A stretch of 64,000 nucleotides of DNA from Candidatus Saccharimonadia bacterium (GTDB lineage: Bacteria > Patescibacteriota > Saccharimonadia > CAILAD01 > JADZBC01). Location: positions 1,223 to 65,222 of the forward strand of contig JAYRIB010000004.1 in the NCBI GenBank assembly GCA_041907025.1, read 5' to 3'. Shown one piece after another: positions 36,293 through 44,199 of this stretch. The translations under genes were made by a program, and so were the position numbers. How positions within the stretch are numbered: the stretch's first letter is position 1; the number at the start of each line of letters is the position of its first letter. The notes below the pieces were generated by a model. The model was not told where the DNA came from, made no database searches, and saw nothing but the letters and a program-made list of their open reading frames with translations.

Positions 36293-37480
36293 ATGTTGCC
36301 AGTAACTAGGGGCACAATTGATAACTTGCAGCAATCAGTCGATCAAACGTCTGAAGCGCTGGATAGTTATGCCCAAAAGCAGCCTAAGCAGGCCGAGGAG
36401 CTCAGAGAGCACATAACTGCTATGGCCAAGATAGTAGGTGGGTTGTCGGCCAAGATTAATGCTGTTGATAGGCTGGGTGAGAAGAATTACTTTATACCAG
36501 ATCCTAAGAACCCACTGCTGAGCGCGGCTTTCTTGGCGCCTGTACTTATCTTGATGGTAGTAGTTACCGTCTCAATCTGGTTATTTAACTTGGCAGGCTT
36601 ATTGGGCTCAGACATCATCTATATTGTTACTCTAGGGGTGGGCTTGCTTCTGGTTATGCAGGTGTTGGTGAGCAACATTCGCAACCTACAGCTCCGTCGG
36701 CGGATCGCCAAGCAGTCAGGCACTGCGATTAACGAGGAGCTGCAGCTTGAGCACGCTCGGGCGGAGTTCTTCAAGGCTGCCACCGATGAGTTGCAGGGGC
36801 ATTTGTTTGCGATAACTTCGGCGATCCCACGGGGGAGCGACCCTGCAATCGATGACGCGGCTCAACGGCTTATTACACTCCTTGATCGTATGGCTCTGAT
36901 TTCAACGCTAACAAACCGCGGCGCCGACTACGTGCTCAATACCGAGCCTGTTGATATGCCTGTGTTACTTTCGCAGATCATAGCTAATAGTCATACTCAG
37001 GCTCAGGCGGCGGGGGTACAGGTGAAGCTTGATGCTCCTAAGCAGCTCACCTACGAACTCGACCCACTTTTGCTCACCCAGGCTATCTCCCCAGTGCTGG
37101 ACAACGCTATCAAGTTTTCAAAGGACGCTCAGGCTGGCGGTCGAGTTCTGGTGGCATTAAAGCCAATACATCGTGGTTTTGAGCTCAAAATTGCTGATAA
37201 TGGTCCAGGCATTAGTCTTGAGCGTAGATCCCAGCTGTTTAAGCCATTCTCGCGAGGCGAAGACGCGCTACGCTTTAATTACGAAGGCGCCGGGCTTGGG
37301 CTTTACCTTACGAGCCTCGCAACAGGCCTCCTGGGGGCGTACGTGGAAATTGGTAATCCCAAGGCAGGGACTGAAATTATCTGGAGGTTTGATTCTCTGG
37401 TGCCAACCTCGCCTGAACAGTCTAGGGCTAAGCCTGGGCACAAACCAGCTCACAATACGCTTTCTCCTGCAGCGCACTAA
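36293..37480 (+). CDS. sensor histidine kinase (two TM helices, HisKA plus HATPase_c)
   Basis: Two TM helices, H-box region ...ELQGHLFAITSAI..., and ATP-binding motifs DNGPGISLERRSQLFKPFSRG and GAGLGLYLTS. Confidence 0.7.
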   Translation: MLPVTRGTIDNLQQSVDQTSEALDSYAQKQPKQAEELREHITAMAKIVGGLSAKINAVDRLGEKNYFIPDPKNPLLSAAFLAPVLILMVVVTVSIWLFNLAGLLGSDIIYIVTLGVGLLLVMQVLVSNIRNLQLRRRIAKQSGTAINEELQLEHARAEFFKAATDELQGHLFAITSAIPRGSDPAIDDAAQRLITLLDRMALISTLTNRGADYVLNTEPVDMPVLLSQIIANSHTQAQAAGVQVKLDAPKQLTYELDPLLLTQAISPVLDNAIKFSKDAQAGGRVLVALKPIHRGFELKIADNGPGISLERRSQLFKPFSRGEDALRFNYEGAGLGLYLTSLATGLLGAYVEIGNPKAGTEIIWRFDSLVPTSPEQSRAKPGHKPAHNTLSPAAH

Positions 37481-37601
37481 CTTACTGCGGATATGTCTTT
37501 TAGCTCCAAGGTCAACTCAAGTTTACTAGCCGAGGAGAAATTCTGTCGATACACTACTGATTGACGCGTCGATGTAGTGTAAATAAGATGGGAGTATAGT
37601 T

Positions 37602-38315
37602 ATGAGTCTAGAAATTAAAATTCATGCGGCCCAAGTGAGCATATTGCGTGAGCTGCTGTTCCACCCGAGTGCGGGGTTTGCTCAGCTACAACGGCCTACT
37701 GGCCTGACGAGCGATCACTTTACCTTCCACATTGGTAGGTTAGTTGAGCTTGGCTTGGTCGAGAGGGCCGCACGGCGCCAATACAGGCTTACGCAGCTGG
37801 GTAAGGAATACGCCAATAGGTTAGACACCGACAATAATACAGTTGAGCGTCAACCCAAAACGGCAGTGATTCTGGCCATTGAGCGCACAACGAGCAGTGG
37901 CACCGTGCAATATGTCTTCCAGGAGCGACTTAAGAACCCGTATTACGGCTTTTGGGGCTTACCGACGGGTAAAGTGCGCTGGGGTGAAACAATCCTTCAG
38001 ACGGCCGAGCGTGAGCTCCTAGAGGAGACGGGGTTAATGGCGGACTTTAGAATTGCGGGCGTGTACCATGAGCAGGTGTTGTCTGAAGAAAGTGGGGATA
38101 TGCTTGAAGACAAGATCTTCTTTGTGGCCCACGGCACAAACCCGCGGGGTGATCTGCTTGAGGAGTTTGAGGGTGGGGCGAATCAATGGTTGAGTTTTGA
38201 CGATGCACATAAAAAGGCCAAGAAGTTTGATAGCTTTGAGATGGAGCTTGATATTCTTTCATCCAAAGAGTGGCTGATTGAACGCAAGACACGCTATAGT
38301 GCCGATCTTTTCTAG
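37602..38315 (+). CDS. wHTH DNA-binding domain fused to a C-terminal NUDIX hydrolase domain
   Basis: N-terminal MarR/ArsR-like wHTH (...FHIGRLVELGLVER...) and Nudix box GLPTGKVRWGETILQTAERELLEETGL. Confidence 0.55.
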   Translation: MSLEIKIHAAQVSILRELLFHPSAGFAQLQRPTGLTSDHFTFHIGRLVELGLVERAARRQYRLTQLGKEYANRLDTDNNTVERQPKTAVILAIERTTSSGTVQYVFQERLKNPYYGFWGLPTGKVRWGETILQTAERELLEETGLMADFRIAGVYHEQVLSEESGDMLEDKIFFVAHGTNPRGDLLEEFEGGANQWLSFDDAHKKAKKFDSFEMELDILSSKEWLIERKTRYSADLF

Positions 38316-38335
38316 CGGGTAGCAGGGGTCGATTA

Positions 38336-38380
38336 GGCAATAACAAAAGGCAGCGATGTGCTGCCTTTTGTTATAACCAG
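38336..38380. terminator. bidirectional intrinsic terminator (15-bp perfect stem); a second hairpin follows at 38399-38450
   Basis: ATAACAAAAGGCAGC gatgt GCTGCCTTTTGTTAT, then AAAGCTCCGC...GCGGAGCTT plus TTTTTTG. Confidence 0.65.
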
Positions 38381-38560
38381 TGATACGCGCGGATGGGCAA
38401 AACAAAAGCTCCGCTTGGGTTTTAACCTGTTGCGGAGCTTCTTTTTTGCTTTGTTTTTGTTTTTGAGTAATTTATGTGTGCAGCACTGAATCTATAATAA
38501 AACTTATGCATAGTGACTGTCAACAACTTTTTAGCAAAAAAGTTGTGGATAAACCAAAGT

Positions 38561-39616
38561 TTATGATTTCGGAGTAAATATCTCCATGGATGCTCGGTAC
38601 TCGCCAGCCCGCGCTGCGCTGTTGCATGCTAGCCGGTGGTAGAAGATTTTTTGTGCTTCGGCCACATTCTTGGCTTTGCCAAGCCAGGCCTTCATGGCAG
38701 GATCCTGCACAGCACGGGAGAAGGAGAAGGTTATTGGCCACGCTTGCTTGCCAGCCAGACTAAGGGCATTGAGGTTGGCGCTTGCTTGGGTCGGGCTCTG
38801 TCCACCTGAGAGGAAGACCACGGCGCCAACTTCTGGCGGTACGGCAGCTTTGAGGCTGCGCAACGTAGCGGCACCAACCTCATCGGCCGTGGACTGGTGG
38901 GGGTTGGCTTTTCCTGCCAGCACAAAGCTGGTCTTGATGATGACGCCGCGCAAGTCGACGCGGTAGGCACGGACAATCTCGATAGTGGTTGCCAGTACTC
39001 GCGTAGTGGTATGCTCGGCCTGCTCCAAGCTATGTGGGCCGTCGTAGATCACCTCAGGTTCAATGATTGGTACGATGCCGTGCGACTGGCAAATGCTAGC
39101 GTAGCGACCAAATACATTGCCGTTAGCATGAATAGCGGCCTCTGTGGGGGTGGTAGGACCAATAGTGAATGCAGCGCGCCACTTCGCAAAACGTGCGCCC
39201 AGGCGAGCATACTCAGCCAAGCGCTTGTCCAGGCCATCAAGCCCTTCGGTTATCTTCTCGCCGGGGAAGTTTGTGAGATCGACCAGGCCCATGTCTACCT
39301 TAATTCCGGGTATGATTCCTTTGGACATGAGGTATTTCGGAAAGCCCACCCCGTCGTCGGTACTCTGATGGATGGTCTCGTCGTACAATATAACGCCACT
39401 AATGAAGTCATTGAGGTTTGGTGTGGTAAAGAGTAGGTGACGCCAATTACGACGTGTTTCTTCGTTGACGGGCAAGTGCAGCGCCTCCAGGCGTGCGTTC
39501 GCGCTCTTCGTACTCTCGTCTGCTGCCAAAATGCCTTTACCGGGGTGCAAGAGGTGATCGATGGTGGCATAGAGCCGAGTGTGATGTTCTTGTGCACTGA
39601 TCTGGTCTGGACGCAT
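38561..39616 (-). CDS. fba: class I fructose-bisphosphate aldolase
   Basis: GKGILAADESTKSANARLEAL... and Schiff-base-lysine-region similarity to class I (eukaryote-type) FBA. Confidence 0.75.
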   Translation of the reverse strand: MRPDQISAQEHHTRLYATIDHLLHPGKGILAADESTKSANARLEALHLPVNEETRRNWRHLLFTTPNLNDFISGVILYDETIHQSTDDGVGFPKYLMSKGIIPGIKVDMGLVDLTNFPGEKITEGLDGLDKRLAEYARLGARFAKWRAAFTIGPTTPTEAAIHANGNVFGRYASICQSHGIVPIIEPEVIYDGPHSLEQAEHTTTRVLATTIEIVRAYRVDLRGVIIKTSFVLAGKANPHQSTADEVGAATLRSLKAAVPPEVGAVVFLSGGQSPTQASANLNALSLAGKQAWPITFSFSRAVQDPAMKAWLGKAKNVAEAQKIFYHRLACNSAARAGEYRASMEIFTPKS

Positions 39617-39715
39617 CCACGCCTCCTATAGTTCTTATGTAACTAGCATAGCACACCAGTCGGGGTAGGCAAACTATCTACTTATAAATAGTACTTTAGC
39701 ATTATAGTTAAGTAG

Positions 39716-40177
39716 CTAGTTTGCCTGGGCTTTACGGGGTTTGATTTCTCGATCGGCGTCCCTGAGCATGTCGCGACGCTTGGTAGCTTCGCGCTTGTCG
39801 AAATGTTTTTTACCCCGCCCAATACCAAGCTCAACCTTCACGAGGCCACGCTCAATGCCGACAGATAGAGGGACGACGCTGAGCCCTTGAGTTTTAACAG
39901 CGCCGATCAGCTCATCGATCTGTTTGCGGTGTAGCAGAAGCTTGCGGCTCCGTACAGGGTCGTAGGAGGCGAGATTGGCCGCACTTTGGTAGCGAGTAAT
40001 ATGTGCGTTCGTAAGCCAAGCTTCGCTTGCGTGCACACTAATGAAACTACCTTTGAGGCTGATATGGCCCGATTTAACGCTCTTTACCTCATGGCCAGCC
40101 AATACAATGCCGGCTACGAGGGTATCTTTGATCTCATAGTCGAACCGAGCACGCTTGTTTTTGGCAACTATCTTCAT
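39716..40177 (-). CDS. smpB: SsrA-binding protein
   Basis: KIVAKNKRARFDYEI...AGIVLAGHEVKS...LLLHRKQIDEL is the canonical SmpB. Confidence 0.9.
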   Translation of the reverse strand: MKIVAKNKRARFDYEIKDTLVAGIVLAGHEVKSVKSGHISLKGSFISVHASEAWLTNAHITRYQSAANLASYDPVRSRKLLLHRKQIDELIGAVKTQGLSVVPLSVGIERGLVKVELGIGRGKKHFDKREATKRRDMLRDADREIKPRKAQAN

Positions 40178-40272
40178 GGGGTGTCCTTATGCAAGCATTA
40201 TATCACCCTAGTCTCAGGTAGGGCAGAGCCGACTTGGTTTAGGGGTAGGCGTAATTAGGTTATAATGGGTTT

Positions 40273-41997
40273 ATGAGTAAGGTTACTACTGAAATTATTG
40301 GACTTATTGAGCAGTCCTGCCGCGTGGCGTATCCAGACTATGGCAAAGAGGGTGACGTGGCAGATAGCATAAGTCTGCCAGATCAGGCGTTTGGCGACTT
40401 AGCCTCGAGCATAGCCATGCGTATAGCAGCCCAGCTCGACGTAGCTCCACGCATAGTGGCTGAGAAGATCGTCGGGTCTTTACCGGAGAGTTCACTTGTG
40501 CAGCAGGTGACCATAGCCGGTGCTGGCTTTATTAACATTCGCTTGTCGGACAGTGCGTTGAGCACAATGTCTGCTGAGATGGCTAGTTTGCATCCCGAGG
40601 CTATGGTGGATGCCATAGGCGGTGGTAAAACGGTTGCAATCGACTATTCGCACCCGAATATCGGCAAGCCCATGGGTGTACACCACTTGCTTTCGACCGT
40701 CATTGGCGATGCAATTAAGCGGACGATGCGCGAGGCGGGTTACAAGGTGATTGCTGACAACTTCATCGGCGACTTAGGCACGCAGTTTGGTAAGCTAATC
40801 TGGGCCGTCAAGCAGTGGGGCGACAGTGCTACGATCGAACTAGATCCAATCACTGAGCTGCAGAAGTTGTACGTGAAGTTTCACATTGAGTCGGATGGCG
40901 ATGTCGAACTGGACGCTGCGGCTCGGGCAGAGTACTTAAAGCTAGAGCAGGGTGATGCCGAGAACCGTGAGCTTTGGCGAAAGATTGTAGACTGGAGCAA
41001 GGCTGAGATACAGCCGATTTATGATGCTTTGGGGGTGGAGTTTGATTATATGCACGGCGAGAGCTTCTATGAGGATAAAATGGAGTCTATTCTGCAGCGA
41101 GGCATAGATGAGGGCGTGTTTATCGAGAGTCAAGGCGCTCTTGTTTGCCTGTCGACGAACGAGGATGAGCCACCTGCCATCCTGCGCAAGAGTGATGGCG
41201 CTACGCTGTACCTTACCCGTGACTTGGCTCGCATTGCCTACTGGGAGGAAGCCTGGCAGCCGGATATTATGCTCGTGGTCGTAGATGAGGCACAGAGCTT
41301 TGCCCAAAGGCAGCTGTATAGTGTTGCCCAGAAACTACAGCTTACAGACGCACAGCTCACACAGGTTAACTTTGGTCGCATGCGTTTTACTGATGGTAGT
41401 ATGAGTACGCGCAAAGGTAATATTCTCTTGCTAAAAGACTTGCTTGCAGAGGCTGAGGCTCGGGCGCGCAAGCTAGTTGATGACAAATCTCACGGGCTTG
41501 ATCCCCAAGAGCGAGCCCAAGCAGCCCATATATTGGCAATATGTAGTATAAAATACAACATACTTTCACAAAATAGGCTTTCAGACATTGTCTTTGACTG
41601 GTCGAGTATGCTGAACTTTGAAGGTAATAGCGCCCCTTACCTAACGTATACCCTTGTCCGCTTGCGCTCACTGCTGGCGAAAGCCGCCCATGACCAGGAG
41701 GGTAAGGCAGGTAGTGAACACCGCGCTTGGTCTGAAGCTGTTGAGCGCGAGCTAGTACTACAGCTAACGCAGTACAACGATACGTTTAGACGCGCTATGA
41801 ACGAGCAAAAACCCAGTCATCTTGCTAACTACGCTTACTCACTCGCTCAAAAGTACAACAGGCTCTATAATAGCCTCCCTGTACTGCAGGCCGATGGCGA
41901 CACCAGGGCTGTGCGACTACAGCTTAGTACTACCGCAGAGCGGACTTTGGCACACGCGTTTCGTTGTCTCGGTCTCGTTGCGCCAATAAAAATGTAG
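40273..41997 (+). CDS. argS: arginyl-tRNA synthetase
   Basis: Class I aaRS; HIGH-region variant SHPNIGKPMGVHHL, the C-terminal DALR anticodon-binding domain, ending ...APIKM. Confidence 0.85.
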   Translation: MSKVTTEIIGLIEQSCRVAYPDYGKEGDVADSISLPDQAFGDLASSIAMRIAAQLDVAPRIVAEKIVGSLPESSLVQQVTIAGAGFINIRLSDSALSTMSAEMASLHPEAMVDAIGGGKTVAIDYSHPNIGKPMGVHHLLSTVIGDAIKRTMREAGYKVIADNFIGDLGTQFGKLIWAVKQWGDSATIELDPITELQKLYVKFHIESDGDVELDAAARAEYLKLEQGDAENRELWRKIVDWSKAEIQPIYDALGVEFDYMHGESFYEDKMESILQRGIDEGVFIESQGALVCLSTNEDEPPAILRKSDGATLYLTRDLARIAYWEEAWQPDIMLVVVDEAQSFAQRQLYSVAQKLQLTDAQLTQVNFGRMRFTDGSMSTRKGNILLLKDLLAEAEARARKLVDDKSHGLDPQERAQAAHILAICSIKYNILSQNRLSDIVFDWSSMLNFEGNSAPYLTYTLVRLRSLLAKAAHDQEGKAGSEHRAWSEAVERELVLQLTQYNDTFRRAMNEQKPSHLANYAYSLAQKYNRLYNSLPVLQADGDTRAVRLQLSTTAERTLAHAFRCLGLVAPIKM

Positions 41998-42012
41998 GCG
42001 ATCGTGATGTCC

Positions 42013-44070
42013 TTACAGCTTTGTAGAGATGACCTTGTTGCCGCTGAGCGCGTACAGGGTGCCGTCAGCGGTTACACTAAAGTCCTTTAGCTTTACTCCA
42101 GCTGGAGTGAGGTATTGCTGCTTGTACGCAAAGCCATTACCATCGAGGTTTATGCCGACAATTTGTTGCTGGTTTGTTCCAAGAGCAATGATTGACTGCT
42201 CGTTTTGAAGTATAAGCTTAGTTAGGCCTTTGACCGAAGTTGCCAGGTCGGTAATTGAAGCGGGTTCGCCAATACCGTTGGTGAACGTTGTAATTTTAGT
42301 ACTGCCATCGACCATTAAGATAGAACCGTTGATGGCGAGAGCAGTGCCTTTGGCTACACTTGCAGCGTTTGCCCGTTTAATATAGCTTGAGCTCGCGCTA
42401 AAACCAATCGAGGTGCGACTGTGTCGGTAGATTTGATCATTCTGAGGTGAGAGGATATAGAGGTTGCCAACATAACTCGCAATGGCGTTGCCAGCGATCC
42501 AATTGCCGCCACTTAGTTTGACCGTAGTAAGTGGTTTTCCAGGTATAAACTGCAGCACATCTGGTGCAGAGGTTAGGATGAAGATGCTATCTCCAAGCGA
42601 AGACGGTGTTGCGGCGACGGCAAGCTTTAGGCTACTGTTTTGAGCTACGATGCTTGATGATTTGCGGGCAATGTCTATCTGGTACAGGGCGCCTGCATTC
42701 GTATCAACCGTATACAGCCGGTCGTCGAGTTGCACAATGAAATTCGCAGTAAACTTCTTTACTGATGTAAAATCTACAATATTATTAACTTTAAGTCGGG
42801 TGATGTTGCTTAGCTTGTCGTTGACGGTAGAGAGGCGCGCCGCTAACTCCTGAGGGCTAATGCTCTTTTGGCTGCGCAAATCACTGTCCATTTCAAAGGC
42901 GCGGCTGATTTGTTGAGCATTATAGGCATTGGTAATTGCCTCTAGCTTGGTGGTGGCTGATTTTGTGGAGGCGGCACTACCATCAACTTGCCCTAAACTC
43001 TGTTTGGCCTCGGCGCTTTCGGTCAAGGCAACCACTTCTTTGTAGTCTGTCACTAAGTCTCGATAGTTCGTGGTATTGGCGGAATACAGGTACGAACCGA
43101 TTCCAATGCACAGGACCAGCCCCAGAGCGATCACGAGCGCTTTGCGCGGGTTTGGGTTAATATACTTAGTCCACAGGTTGTTCCAAATGGATTTGCTATG
43201 ATGTTTGGCATTCGGCCAGGCTTTGGTTTTCCACCAGGAGTGAGACTTGCTAGCAGCTGCTTTGACAGCTCCAGAGGCCTTGAGCGCGAGCGGTGCGCCA
43301 GCAGCCTTTACCTCGTCGAGCTTGGTTTGCGATTTACCTACCATGACGGTGTCGGGTTGGCCTTCGAGGGGTTCGTTTGAGGCCTGTTCCAGGTCGCTGA
43401 GCTCAACTACAAGGGCGGCACAGCGTGCACTGCTTGCCTCACCCTCGAGTTGGCTACTCATTTTATGTACGCAGCTGGCAGGAGAGTTGTCGATTACCAG
43501 CTGGTTGAGGGAACTGGCTTCGAATTCAAAGAGGACTGCGGGTGTGGCAAAGAGCAGTTTATCTTTTTGCTTGAGTGTGCCCTCGGCAATGCCGTGGAAG
43601 GTTTTGCGCGGGCTGCTGCCTGCATTCAGGCCCTCAGCTAAGTCGGTAAGCTTGGAGCCTCGGTACAGGCGTGCATGCGCCTTGCCACACTGGGATAAAT
43701 AGAGCTGATCTTGATTCAGTATGGCTACAACTGCACTGAGACTACTAATGTGCTTGGCATGATGTGATTCATTGAGTCTGGCGAGTTGGCTGTTCAGGGC
43801 AGCGATGGACTTTTCGAACCGAGTGCTCGGCTCGTCATCAAACTTCTTGTTAAAGTATTCTTCACCCATAGTCTTAATAACCAAATCGACTATTTGACTT
43901 GCTAGGGACTCCTTGGCCATGACTTCGATGACAACAAATAGGCTACCAAGTTGGAGTTTTTGCTCAATCGGTGGCTCGAAATGGTAGGCAAATGCCAAAG
44001 CCGGCACACTGGAGTGCTTCGTGGGGTATGGTACAAGTTTGGCTACGCGCTGAAGGAGGGGTGTGTTCAT
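42013..44070 (-). CDS. membrane protein: cytoplasmic PP2C-like (possibly inactive) N-domain, one TM helix, extracytoplasmic beta-rich C-domain
   Basis: GSLFVVIEV and LYLSQCGKAHARLYRGSKLTDL loosely match PP2C motifs (fgVfDGHGG; lanvGDSRa.l.r.g) but lack the metal-binding Asp residues. TM helix ALVIALGLVLCIGIGSYLY. Start at MNTPLL (44070); the ORF extends to 44427, overlapping the divergent helicase gene. Confidence 0.35.
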   Translation of the reverse strand: MNTPLLQRVAKLVPYPTKHSSVPALAFAYHFEPPIEQKLQLGSLFVVIEVMAKESLASQIVDLVIKTMGEEYFNKKFDDEPSTRFEKSIAALNSQLARLNESHHAKHISSLSAVVAILNQDQLYLSQCGKAHARLYRGSKLTDLAEGLNAGSSPRKTFHGIAEGTLKQKDKLLFATPAVLFEFEASSLNQLVIDNSPASCVHKMSSQLEGEASSARCAALVVELSDLEQASNEPLEGQPDTVMVGKSQTKLDEVKAAGAPLALKASGAVKAAASKSHSWWKTKAWPNAKHHSKSIWNNLWTKYINPNPRKALVIALGLVLCIGIGSYLYSANTTNYRDLVTDYKEVVALTESAEAKQSLGQVDGSAASTKSATTKLEAITNAYNAQQISRAFEMDSDLRSQKSISPQELAARLSTVNDKLSNITRLKVNNIVDFTSVKKFTANFIVQLDDRLYTVDTNAGALYQIDIARKSSSIVAQNSSLKLAVAATPSSLGDSIFILTSAPDVLQFIPGKPLTTVKLSGGNWIAGNAIASYVGNLYILSPQNDQIYRHSRTSIGFSASSSYIKRANAASVAKGTALAINGSILMVDGSTKITTFTNGIGEPASITDLATSVKGLTKLILQNEQSIIALGTNQQQIVGINLDGNGFAYKQQYLTPAGVKLKDFSVTADGTLYALSGNKVISTKL

Positions 44071-44199
44071 GGAAGTGCTATGGATTTGCAGTTTTTGCAG
44101 ACTTACAAGGTGTTTAAGCAGAATGTTTTCCTTAGCATAACATTTTTGGCACTTGGCGGCCAGGGAGTATGTAGGGAGGTGAGCTGCTATACTAAGGTC

